Source: Candidatus Udaeobacter sp.
GTDB lineage: Bacteria > Verrucomicrobiota > Verrucomicrobiia > Chthoniobacterales > UBA10450
NCBI GenBank assembly: GCA_036494375.1
Contig: DASXOI010000301.1
Coordinates: forward strand, 1 to 36,445
Direction of reading: 5' to 3'
DNA: 36,445 bases
Shown here: positions 1 through 8,277 of the stretch, one piece after another
Position numbering within the stretch: position 1 is the stretch's first letter
Layout: each line of letters begins with the position of its first letter
The notes under the pieces: model-generated
What the model was told of the DNA's origin: nothing
Seen by the model: only the letters and a program-made list of their open reading frames with translations
Database searches by the model: none
Translations under genes and position numbers: made by a program

Positions 1-1911
1 CTTGCCGTCCACATCGACCACGAAGCCGTGTGTCACACACATTTTGTATGGCGCACGATTATTGATCGCGATGCTCGTCAATAGCGATGACTGAAACCAG
101 CCGCGGTGTTGGTCGGTGGCCTCGAGATACATGTCAGCGGGATCGCGCAACTCCGGACGAACGGCGCACACCGCCTTATGCGAGACTCCGCTGTCGATCC
201 AGACGTCGATCGTATCGGTGCCTTTGGTTGTGTCCGGTGGCAATCCGACTTCTTTTGCCAGAGCGGCATCATCCAATTCGAACCAAATATTTGAGCCGCG
301 CTGAGCCACAAGCTCGGCCAAGTTGCGAATGATCTTTGGATCGAGAATGACTTTGCCATCCTTGCCGTAAAAGACAGGCAACGGCACGCCCCAGCTGCGT
401 TGGCGCGAGATCACCCAGTCGGGTCGCGATTCAACTGTTCCCGCGATGCGATTTTCGCCCCATGCGGGGATCCATTTAACCTCATTGTGAATTGCTTCGA
501 GCGCTCTGCCGCGCAGCGCATCAATACGGATGAAAAACTGATCCACGTTGCGAAAAATGATCGGAGTTTTCGACCGCCAACAATATGGATAGGAGTGGTG
601 AAATTTTTCTTCGCCCAGAAGCATTCCGCGTTCGCGAAGCAATTCGACAATGTCGGGATTCGCGTCGAAAACGTACTTGCCGGTCAGCTTCGGAAAACCA
701 GCTTCATCGGTGAACCGGCCATGATCATCGACTGGCGATAAGATCGGCAGTTTATGTTTCATTCCTAAAACGTAGTCATCCGCGCCGTGACCGGGTGCGA
801 TGTGCACGGCGCCAGTTCCGGAATCCATCGTCACAAAACCAGCCGTGAACACCGGGACCTCGCGATCGAGGAATGGATGGTGCGCTCTGACTCCTTCAAG
901 ATTAGCTCCGGGAAATGAGGCGAGCGGTTTTCCGATCGGCTGTAATCCTGTGGCTGCAGAAAATCGTGGAAGAAGTTTCTCAGCGAGAACCAAGGTAGCG
1001 CGAGTGCCTCGGTTGTGATCGGAAGGCAAGTCCGCCACAGCGGATTCCTTCCGTGGCGAACCGGACGCATGCGCTACTTCAAACTCCTGGACCACATAGC
1101 TCTCTTTTGCATCTACAGCGATTGCGAGATTGGCCGGCAAGGTCCAGGGAGTTGTCGTCCAGATGGCGATGCTCGTGCCAGTAGGGAAGCTGTCAGCTTC
1201 CCCTGCAGCCGCAGGCGCGCCCGGCTCGCCCGCCGTAGCCTTGGCGGAGGCGGGCGGTCGCGCCCTACCAACGATTGGAAATTTGACGTAAACGGCGGTG
1301 TCGTCGCGATCTTGATATTCCACTTCGGCTTCAGCGAGGGCGGTCTGCGCGCCAGTACTCCAAAAGACAGGCTTCTGCGCCTCGTACACCAGGCCTTGCT
1401 CGACGAAAATCGCGAATGCGCGCAGAATCTCCGCTTCATATTTGGGATCCATTGTCAGGTACGGATTTTCCCAATCGCCGAAGACCCCGAGTCGTCTGAA
1501 CTGCCCGCGTTGAATGTCGATGAATTTTCGCGCAAACGCTTCGCATCTCTTGCGAATCTCAAGCGGTGAAAGAGCGCGCGATTCTTTGACCACCTTGTAT
1601 TCAATTGGAAGACCGTGGCAGTCCCAACCAGGGATGTACGGGGCGCGTTTGCCGAGCATGGTCTGCGATTTCACAACGAAATCCTTGAGGATTTTGTTGA
1701 GCGCTGTGCCCATGTGCACATCGCCGTTGGCAAATGGTGGGCCGTCATGCAGAACGAATAGCTCTCGGCCATCGCGCGATCTCTGAATCTGCTGGTAAAG
1801 GTTCGTGTCTTCCCATGCCCTGAGCATCTCCGGCTCGCGCGCGGCAAGGTTTGCCTTCATCGGAAAATCCGTGCGCGGCAGGTTCAAGGTATCCTTGTAA
1901 TTCTGACTCAT
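1..1911 (-). CDS. ileS: Isoleucine--tRNA ligase, N-terminal 637 codons; the 3' end runs off the left edge of the window
   Basis: Not in the ORF track because it is open at the window edge. Hand translation of the minus strand from ATG 1911..1909 gives MSQNYKDTLNLPRTDFPMKANLAAREPEMLRAWEDTNLY..HDGPPFANGDVHMG (HIGH-type)..IWTTTPWTLPAN..DQHRGWFQSSLLTSIAINNRAPYKMCVTHGFVVDVDGK. The stretches I translated (both ends and a long middle block) contain no stop, and the frame ends exactly at base 1. These are hallmark IleRS blocks. Confidence 0.9.
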   Translation of the reverse strand, partial: MSQNYKDTLNLPRTDFPMKANLAAREPEMLRAWEDTNLYQQIQRSRDGRELFVLHDGPPFANGDVHMGTALNKILKDFVVKSQTMLGKRAPYIPGWDCHGLPIEYKVVKESRALSPLEIRKRCEAFARKFIDIQRGQFRRLGVFGDWENPYLTMDPKYEAEILRAFAIFVEQGLVYEAQKPVFWSTGAQTALAEAEVEYQDRDDTAVYVKFPIVGRARPPASAKATAGEPGAPAAAGEADSFPTGTSIAIWTTTPWTLPANLAIAVDAKESYVVQEFEVAHASGSPRKESAVADLPSDHNRGTRATLVLAEKLLPRFSAATGLQPIGKPLASFPGANLEGVRAHHPFLDREVPVFTAGFVTMDSGTGAVHIAPGHGADDYVLGMKHKLPILSPVDDHGRFTDEAGFPKLTGKYVFDANPDIVELLRERGMLLGEEKFHHSYPYCWRSKTPIIFRNVDQFFIRIDALRGRALEAIHNEVKWIPAWGENRIAGTVESRPDWVISRQRSWGVPLPVFYGKDGKVILDPKIIRNLAELVAQRGSNIWFELDDAALAKEVGLPPDTTKGTDTIDVWIDSGVSHKAVCAVRPELRDPADMYLEATDQHRGWFQSSLLTSIAINNRAPYKMCVTHGFVVDVDGK

Positions 1912-1988
1912 GGCGAGCGGGCGACGCTAACATCCGTCAACCGGCGAAGCAATGCAGTCGCCACTACGCAGTGGCGACGTCATCAGGA

Positions 1989-4739
1989 TTAAATCGAAAA
2001 GGCGTCTGCGACGAGGCGAGCTTGCTCACGTTTGTGGCGGGCAAGTGCGCCTACCGCGGGACTGGCACTGGCCTCGCGACCTGCGTAGGCAATTTCGGTG
2101 CAAAGGAGCGTTCGCAATCTCGGTTCGATGAACGTCCATGCACCCATGTTTTGCGGTTCTTCCTGACACCAGACGAGCTTCGCCGGTTTTGGAAATGGCT
2201 TGAGCATTTCGCGGAGCCTGTTTTCAGCGAGAGGATAAAGCTGCTCGATACGAATGATCGCTGCGTCATCGATTTTGCGTTCGCTGCGATACTTCAGAAG
2301 ATCGTAAAAGATCTTCCCGGAGCAAAAGATGATGCGCTTCACGTTGTCGACCGGATCAGCTTCAGGTGAGCCCAGAAATTCTTCGAACCGGCCATGGATA
2401 AATTCTTCAGCTGGTGACGACGCATATTTCGCGCGCAACAGACTCTTCGGCGTAGCGATGATGAGCGGCTTGATGAAATCGCGTTTCATCTGGCGGCGCA
2501 GCACATGAAAATACTGTGCAGCGGTCGTAACATTGCAGACCTGGATGTTATCGTCGGCACATTCTTGAAGGAAGCGCTCGATGCGCGCGCTGGAATGTTC
2601 CGGCCCCTGCCCTTCATACCCGTGCGGGAGTAACAGGACAATTCCACTCGGCCGTTGCCACTTGGATTCCGCTGACACGATGAATTGATCGATGATGGTC
2701 TGCGCGCCATTCATGAAATCACCGAATTGCGCCTCCCACAGGCAAAGCATCTTTGGATACTCAAGCGAGTAGCCGTAATCGAATCCGAGCACGGCGGCCT
2801 CCGAGAGCGGACTGTTATAAATGCAGATGCGCGCTTGTTTTTCAGCCAGGTGCATCAATGGCACGTACGGCTTGCCCGTCTTCGCATCATAAAGCACCGA
2901 ATGCCGCGTGCTGAAGGTGCCGCGCGAACTATCCTGACCCGATAACCGAACTGGAATTCCCTCCAGAAGCAGCGATCCAAATGCGAGCGCTTCGGCGAAA
3001 TGCCATTCATACGGCCCGCCATCCTCGAAGACCTGGCGCTGATGGTCGATCACGATGCGTTGTATCTTTGACTGAACCTCGAAACCGTCCGGGACACGGG
3101 TAAGACCTTCGACGATGATTTTCAGAGTTTTCTCACTGATAGCGGTCGGCTCAGACTCGCTCGTATATTCAGGTTGAAAGATGGCCGTTGATTCTCTGAA
3201 TTTAGCTTTCTGATTCGCTCTGCGTTTTTCTATCGCGTTCACTTCATCCCGCGTCATTTCCAGTCGCAGCGCGAATTCGGTCTCCAGCGAAGCAGCGTCG
3301 TCTTCGCTCAGCGTGCCGGCATTGAGCAATTCGCGTTTATAAAGCTGCGTGACGGACGGACGTTTCTCGATTTTTGCGTAGAGATCGGGCTGTGTGAACG
3401 ACGGTTCGTCGCCTTCATTGTGGCCATAACGGCGATAGCAATACAAGTCGATAACAACGTCTCGCCCAAATTGCTGACGGAAATCGAATGCCAAATCGCT
3501 GACAAACGTTACTGCGAGCGGGTCATCACCGTTCACGTGAAAAATTGGCGCCTCGATCATCTTGGCGATATCTGTTGCGTAACGAGACGATCGCGCATCT
3601 TTCGGAAGCGTAGTGAAGCCGATTTGATTGTTCACCACGACGTGAATAGTGCCGCCAGTGCTGTAACCATGTAACTGCGATAAATTCAGCGTCTCGGCTA
3701 CAACCCCCTGCGCGATGAATGCTGCATCGCCGTGCACGAGCAGCGGCAACACCTTTTTCCGGTGCTCGGTGTCGCCGCGAATTCGTTGCCGGGCGCGCGC
3801 TTTCCCTTCGACGACTGGATCGACAGCCTCCAAATGGCTTGGATTCGACGAGAGCCGGATTTCAATCTCCGCGCCCGAAGTGAGTCTGCGCACCGCATCA
3901 TAACCCAGGTGATATTTCACGTCGCCATCGCCAGCCACCAAATCGGGAATGTAATTCTCGCTAAACTCGGTAAAGATAATCTTGAGCGATTTGCGCAGAA
4001 AATTCGCCAGCACATTGAGCCGCCCGCGATGCGCCATGCCCATGCAAATCTCCTCAACGCCGCCGTCCGGGCACCTGTGCAGGATTGTCTCCAAAGCGAC
4101 CATCAGCGTTTCAGCTCCCTGTAACGAGAATCGTTTTTGTCCGACGTAGCGGGTATGCAGAAAAATCTCGAACGATTCGGCTTCGAGCAGTGCCCGCAAC
4201 AGCGCAACCTGAACCGCACGAGGCGTTGAATGTTTGTGCGGACGTGTTTCCAGTCGGCGCCGGATCCATTCGCGGACGTGCGGATCCTGGATATGCATGA
4301 ACTCCGATCCGATCGAGTCGGCGTAAATTCTGTCGAGTCCCGCGACCATGTCGCGCAACGTCATCGGCCGATTGTCGAGGAAGAACTTCGATGAAACGCG
4401 AAGATCGAGGTCGGAGTCGGTGAACCCAAACTCGCTCAGACGCAGCAATGGATTTCTCGGCCGCATCTCTGCGAGCGGGTCTACGCGCGCGATCGTGTGA
4501 CCTAATGAGCAATAAGCGTAAACCAATCCATCGACGCGCGTCTGTAACGCTGCTTCGCGAGCTTCGACGTCGGGTTCGACCGTCCCGTTGCGCTCCGGAA
4601 GATTCCCCAGTTCAAATCCTTCAAAAAAGGCGGACCATCCGGAATCGACTGAGTCAGGGTTCTCCTGCCAAAGCCGATACTTGTCTTCGATCAGGTGAAG
4701 ATTCGCGCGAGCGTCAATTGAAGTGCGCATGGCAGACAA
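1989..4739 (-). CDS. sucA: 2-oxoglutarate dehydrogenase E1 component
   Basis: 916-aa ORF with typical OGDH E1 blocks: LVHGDAAFIAQGVVAETLNLSQL, YCYRRYGHNEGDEPSFTQP, LLLPHGYEGQGPEHSSARIERFLQ. No sucB or lpd lies next to it in this window. Confidence 0.93.
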   Translation of the reverse strand: MSAMRTSIDARANLHLIEDKYRLWQENPDSVDSGWSAFFEGFELGNLPERNGTVEPDVEAREAALQTRVDGLVYAYCSLGHTIARVDPLAEMRPRNPLLRLSEFGFTDSDLDLRVSSKFFLDNRPMTLRDMVAGLDRIYADSIGSEFMHIQDPHVREWIRRRLETRPHKHSTPRAVQVALLRALLEAESFEIFLHTRYVGQKRFSLQGAETLMVALETILHRCPDGGVEEICMGMAHRGRLNVLANFLRKSLKIIFTEFSENYIPDLVAGDGDVKYHLGYDAVRRLTSGAEIEIRLSSNPSHLEAVDPVVEGKARARQRIRGDTEHRKKVLPLLVHGDAAFIAQGVVAETLNLSQLHGYSTGGTIHVVVNNQIGFTTLPKDARSSRYATDIAKMIEAPIFHVNGDDPLAVTFVSDLAFDFRQQFGRDVVIDLYCYRRYGHNEGDEPSFTQPDLYAKIEKRPSVTQLYKRELLNAGTLSEDDAASLETEFALRLEMTRDEVNAIEKRRANQKAKFRESTAIFQPEYTSESEPTAISEKTLKIIVEGLTRVPDGFEVQSKIQRIVIDHQRQVFEDGGPYEWHFAEALAFGSLLLEGIPVRLSGQDSSRGTFSTRHSVLYDAKTGKPYVPLMHLAEKQARICIYNSPLSEAAVLGFDYGYSLEYPKMLCLWEAQFGDFMNGAQTIIDQFIVSAESKWQRPSGIVLLLPHGYEGQGPEHSSARIERFLQECADDNIQVCNVTTAAQYFHVLRRQMKRDFIKPLIIATPKSLLRAKYASSPAEEFIHGRFEEFLGSPEADPVDNVKRIIFCSGKIFYDLLKYRSERKIDDAAIIRIEQLYPLAENRLREMLKPFPKPAKLVWCQEEPQNMGAWTFIEPRLRTLLCTEIAYAGREASASPAVGALARHKREQARLVADAFSI

Positions 4740-4786
4740 TTTCGGACGATTGGACCACGCGGCAAGTCGCCAGCAAACTATTCATT

Positions 4787-4885
4787 GTCATTCTGATCCC
4801 GCAGCCGCGGGAGAAGAATCTCAGATCCTTCGCCAAACTGCGGAGCACAATAGCCAGAGACGTTTCGCTTCGCTCAACATGACAC
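4787..4885. repeat. Palindromic REP/MITE-like repeat, family A copy 1 (degenerate left arm)
   Basis: Starts GTCATTCTGA and ends CCAGAGACGTTTCGCTTCGCTCAACATGACAC. The right arm differs by 1 nt in 32 from the right arm of copy 3 (31549-31580). It lies in the divergent sucA / 4921-ORF intergenic region. Confidence 0.7.
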
Positions 4886-4920
4886 GATCCGAAAGTGGCG
4901 CGACAAGTTGACAGTGCGCC

Positions 4921-5475
4921 GTGACGCGGACAATCCTGTCTGCGCGCTTTAGGGATGGAATGACTGCGACTGAGATATATGAATCTGTAACGAACGGCGG
5001 CTCGAGCGATTTCGCCGAAGTCGCCGTCGTGTTAGACCGCTACAGGCCGTGGTGCCTGATTGGTGAACTAGCAGTGAACTGTTACGTCGAACCCGTGTAC
5101 ACCGTGGACGTTGATCTGGTCGTGGTGAAGGCGAGTCTTGAACGAATCGGCCGCGAACTTGAACCTGCCGGTTTTCGCGTAAAGGAATTCGAGCCTTCGA
5201 TGAACGCGCAGCGCTCCGGAAGTAAACTGAATGTTCAATTCACAACCGATCCCCGTTACCAGGAGTTTCTCGACAGTGCAACAGAGCGCGAAGTTTTGGG
5301 GATGCGCGTGCCGGTAGCTGGTCTAAAAGACCTCCGTGGCAAGGTGTGGGCGTGGCAGGATGAACAACGCAGATCGACGAAGCGCAAAAAAGTTGAGCTC
5401 GATCTTATGCGGATTGCCGAAGCGCACCGCGAATTGCGCAGATTAATTCCAGAGAAAATTGTGAAGCAACTATGA
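4921..5475 (+). CDS. Hypothetical protein, possible minimal nucleotidyltransferase-fold (MNT/AbiEii-like) protein
   Basis: 184-aa ORF from GTG 4921. A more likely start is ATG 4960, preceded by AGGGA at 4951-4955. GELAVNCYVEPVYTVDVDLVV resembles the G..A...T.D.D strand-turn of small nucleotidyltransferases. The family call is by eye only. The stop overlaps ATG 5472 of the next ORF (ATGA). Confidence 0.45.
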   Translation: MTRTILSARFRDGMTATEIYESVTNGGSSDFAEVAVVLDRYRPWCLIGELAVNCYVEPVYTVDVDLVVVKASLERIGRELEPAGFRVKEFEPSMNAQRSGSKLNVQFTTDPRYQEFLDSATEREVLGMRVPVAGLKDLRGKVWAWQDEQRRSTKRKKVELDLMRIAEAHRELRRLIPEKIVKQL

Positions 5476-6767
5476 GGCTGCTGTCGACAACTCTGGGGAG
5501 CGCACGCGCCTCGCGTGCTGCATTCCGCGCCCTCGCGGAATGCCTAACGAATGTTCGAATGATGCTGCGACTCAAGAGGTTTTCGGCGAGGGGGCCGAAA
5601 ACGGCACGCGAGGCGCTTGCGCTCCCCAGAGCCGCAAATCGCACACTGGCGACCGCGTTGGTTCTCGCGCCAATCGCCTCGTGTTTTGCACAGGTCGATC
5701 CGGCTTCGGAACCAGCCGTTTTGGCTGTGGCGAAGGTTTTGCCAGCCGTGGTGAATATCAATACCGAGCGAGTCGTTAAGCGAACTGTGCGCGACCCGTT
5801 CGACGAAGTTTACTCTCAATTCTTCGGTTATAATCGGTTTCGACCGCGCGAAGTTCGTCAGACGCTGCAAAGCTTGGGCTCCGGTTTCATAATAGATCCC
5901 GCAGGTTACATCATAACGAACCAGCACGTGGTAGAGCGTGCTGCGGATTTGAAGATTCATGTGACCGCTCACGACGGGAAAACATATCGCGCTCACTACA
6001 TAACCGGCGATGACAAGACTGACCTGGCTTTTATCAAAATCGACGCGCAGACCGATTTCCCCTTCATTAATCTCGACGATATTTCTCCGAACTTGCTCGG
6101 TCAGACAGTGATGGTAGTTGGCAATGCTGTTGGTTACGGCAGTTCTATCAGCCGGGGCGTGCTGAGCGCAGTCAAACGGAACATCACCGTTGATGAAACC
6201 GAGTATAAGGATTTGGTGCAGACCGATGCCGCAATCAATCCCGGCAACAGCGGCGGGCCGGTGGTCGATCTCTCCGGCCGCTTGGTTGGTATCGCGTCTG
6301 CGAAAATGGCGTTTACGCCACAAGGCGTTCCCACGCAGGGACTGGGCTTCGCAATTCCGGCCGATGTCGTGCGCGACACCGTCAATCATTTCAAGCAAGT
6401 GGCGATGAAGCAGGGCATACCTAAAGACTCTCCGGCACCTGCCGAACCCGGCAGTCCCCGCACCGAAAAACTATTCGGAATGCAGCTGCAAAACTTGACC
6501 CCCGAATTGAGCGAAGTGCTCGGATATCTGCAAGGTCGCGGCGTCGTGATTACGGCGGTGGAACCCAACAGCCCGGCGGATGCCGCCGGGATTAAGCGCG
6601 GCATGGTCCTGTATCGCATTAACAAATCGACGGCATTGTCCGTGAGACAGGTCGAGGAGGTGCTGCGAGCGGTCGAGAGCGGTGCAACCGTGGAGTTTAC
6701 GATCGGCATAGTCCGCGCGCGTGGAGAGAATCACGAGCTCGCCGCCCTGACTCTCAAAGCGCGATAA
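5472..6767 (+). CDS. HtrA/DegP-family periplasmic serine protease with one PDZ domain
   Basis: Catalytic triad contexts are present: GSGFIIDPAGYIITNQHVV (His), KTDLAFIKI (Asp), INPGNSGGPVVD (Ser). PDZ-like segment: GVVITAVEPNSPADAAGIKRGMVLYRIN. The start is uncertain: ATG 5472, or ATG 5559 (MMLRLKRF..). Codons about 7-53 are repeat-derived. The signal-peptide-like h-region is TLATALVLAPIASCFA. Confidence 0.9.
   Translation: MRLLSTTLGSARASRAAFRALAECLTNVRMMLRLKRFSARGPKTAREALALPRAANRTLATALVLAPIASCFAQVDPASEPAVLAVAKVLPAVVNINTERVVKRTVRDPFDEVYSQFFGYNRFRPREVRQTLQSLGSGFIIDPAGYIITNQHVVERAADLKIHVTAHDGKTYRAHYITGDDKTDLAFIKIDAQTDFPFINLDDISPNLLGQTVMVVGNAVGYGSSISRGVLSAVKRNITVDETEYKDLVQTDAAINPGNSGGPVVDLSGRLVGIASAKMAFTPQGVPTQGLGFAIPADVVRDTVNHFKQVAMKQGIPKDSPAPAEPGSPRTEKLFGMQLQNLTPELSEVLGYLQGRGVVITAVEPNSPADAAGIKRGMVLYRINKSTALSVRQVEEVLRAVESGATVEFTIGIVRARGENHELAALTLKAR
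5491..5631. repeat. Palindromic REP/MITE-like repeat, family B copy 1
   Basis: The terminal arms CTCTGGGGAGCGCACGCGCCTCGCGTGC (5491-5518) and GCACGCGAGGCGCTTGCGCTCCCCAGAG (5604-5631) are reverse complements with 1 mismatch in 28. Inner hairpins: CATTCCGCG/CGCGGAATG and TTTTCGGC/GCCGAAAA. Same family as 18743-18904. Confidence 0.8.
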
Positions 6768-6818
6768 AAAAATTGGCAACGCAATCGCGGTTCCGTTGTC
6801 TCAACGAAGTATTGCAAA

Positions 6819-7754
6819 ATGATTAAGGTTGAGAATTTAACGAAAAGGTACGCTGGTCAGACCGCCATCCAGGATTTGAATTTCGAGGTGAGCCGTGGCG
6901 AGATCATGGGATTTCTTGGGCCGAATGGCGCCGGCAAAACCACGACCATGCGGATCCTGGCGGGCTTCATGCCACCGACTTCCGGTCGCGCGAGCATCGC
7001 CGGATTCGACGTTTTTGAAAAATCGCTTCAGGCGCGCGCGCACCTCGGCTATATGCCGGAAAACGTTCCGCTCTATAGCGATATGCGTGTCACGGAATAC
7101 CTGAATTATCGCGCGGCGCTCAAGGGCGTGTCGCACCGTCGCGTTACAGAGCGGGTTGGCGATGTAAAGGAACTTTGCGGTCTCAAGGACGTTGAACGGA
7201 AATTGATCGGCACTTTATCCAAAGGGTATCGCCAGCGCGTCGGTCTGGCAGATGCGCTACTGGCAGAACCCGATCTTCTCATCCTCGACGAGCCCACGAT
7301 TGGTCTGGACCCAAATCAAATCCGACAGGTGCGGGAGTTGATCAAGAATTTGGGCAGGCAACACACGATTTTGCTTTCCACTCATATCTTGCCCGAAGTG
7401 GAGATGACATGCAATCGGGTCATCATTATTCACAAAGGGAGAATCGAAGCGTGCGATACGCCGGAGAATTTGCTGGGAAAAGTTAGACAAGCCGGCGGCG
7501 TCGAGCTTGAAGCAAAGATTGGAAACGACAACGGCGAAGAGCAATTGAAGAAGATCGCCGGCGTTCGAGACGTGGTCACGGATGGTGAAGACGAATGGAA
7601 AAAATTCTCGTTGCGAGTCGAATCCGGCGCGGATGTGCGCGAAGAGGTTTTCCGGCTCGCCGTTGAGCGCCACTGGGCGGTGCGGGAACTCACTCAGCGC
7701 CGCGGAACACTCGAAGATGTGTTCGTCGAGCTGACCCATCCGGACGTCCTTTGA
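6819..7754 (+). CDS. ABC transporter ATP-binding protein (GldA-like, ABC-2 exporter type)
   Basis: Walker A GPNGAGKTT, signature LSKGYRQR, Walker B LLILDEPTIGLD, H-loop STHIL. 311 aa, with the usual C-terminal accessory domain. Confidence 0.93.
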   Translation: MIKVENLTKRYAGQTAIQDLNFEVSRGEIMGFLGPNGAGKTTTMRILAGFMPPTSGRASIAGFDVFEKSLQARAHLGYMPENVPLYSDMRVTEYLNYRAALKGVSHRRVTERVGDVKELCGLKDVERKLIGTLSKGYRQRVGLADALLAEPDLLILDEPTIGLDPNQIRQVRELIKNLGRQHTILLSTHILPEVEMTCNRVIIIHKGRIEACDTPENLLGKVRQAGGVELEAKIGNDNGEEQLKKIAGVRDVVTDGEDEWKKFSLRVESGADVREEVFRLAVERHWAVRELTQRRGTLEDVFVELTHPDVL

Positions 7755-8255
7755 TGGAGTGATGGAGGAGTGGAGTACTGGAGTGATGAACTATTACGAG
7801 ACGAAGCTTCGAAACAAGAATCGCGGCTACATGCAACTTATCGTCTGGCAAAAAGCTGTCGAATTGTTCGAACTAGTTTGGGCGATCGCTTTCACGGAAA
7901 ATAAAATTGATTTGAAGCTGCGCTCGCAAATAGCCGATGCCGCGCAGTCGGTATCTGCAAACATATCTGAGGGATATGACCGCCGTTCGCTTAACGAATA
8001 CATTCAATTTCTGTACTACGCGCCAGGCTCATTAGCCGAGACGATGACACGGGCGATCGGCCTCAAGAAAACCAGGCAAATCGCAGAGGCGCGTTTCCAT
8101 GATGTGGACGTTCTGCATTACGAAGTTGAGAACCGTCTTCTGCGCCTAATCGACAAGCTGGAACAGAAACGCGGAGATGAAAACTGGATAGACCGTATAG
8201 CGGAAGATTCTGAGGAGTACTCCACCACTCCACCACTCCATCACTCCATTACTCC
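7755..8255 (+). mobile_element. IVS-like cassette: terminal inverted repeats flanking a four-helix-bundle gene, inserted between ABC ATPase and permease
   Basis: The left arm TGGAGTGATGGAGGAGTGGAGTACTGGAGTGATG (7755-7788) and right arm AGGAGTACTCCACCACTCCACCACTCCATCACTCCATTACTCC (8213-8255) are reverse complements. Perfect blocks: 7756-7767 with 8236-8247, and 7770-7779 with 8216-8225. The interior is visibly AT-richer than the flanks. Mobility itself is inferred, not shown. Confidence 0.5.
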
Positions 8256-8277
8256 AACGCTTCAGAGCCATGCGTAA
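7759..8277 (+). CDS. Four-helix-bundle protein (23S rRNA intervening-sequence protein family; Avd-like fold)
   Basis: Core LIVWQKAVELFELV..QIADAAQSVSANISEGYDRRSLNEYIQFLYYAPGSLAETMT matches the conserved pattern of the PF05635/TIGR02436 family as I recall it. The likely true start is ATG 7786 (MNYYETK..). The first and last residues of the long ORF are translated inverted-repeat arms. The stop overlaps the permease start (ATGCGTAA). Confidence 0.8.
   Translation: MMEEWSTGVMNYYETKLRNKNRGYMQLIVWQKAVELFELVWAIAFTENKIDLKLRSQIADAAQSVSANISEGYDRRSLNEYIQFLYYAPGSLAETMTRAIGLKKTRQIAEARFHDVDVLHYEVENRLLRLIDKLEQKRGDENWIDRIAEDSEEYSTTPPLHHSITPTLQSHA

Noticed and set aside
1957-1978. Perfect 9-bp hairpin GTCGCCACT-acgc-AGTGGCGAC, 10 nt downstream of the sucA stop, as a possible intrinsic terminator between sucA and ileS.
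   Set aside because: No U-tract follows it on the transcribed (minus) strand, so I cannot support a terminator call. It may be a weak attenuator or a chance palindrome.
5544-6398. 284-aa ORF antisense to the HtrA gene. Similar long shadow ORFs are 25252..25824 (-) in murG, 31950..32819 (-) in ftsZ and 26582..27076 (-) in murC.
   Set aside because: Each lies entirely antisense to a gene with unmistakable conserved motifs, and none has a recognisable motif of its own. Long antisense ORFs are expected in GC-rich coding DNA.
7759-8277. Avd-like four-helix-bundle gene as part of a diversity-generating retroelement.
   Set aside because: I found no reverse transcriptase ORF, template/variable repeat pair or target gene in the window. 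The neighbours are ABC transporter genes.
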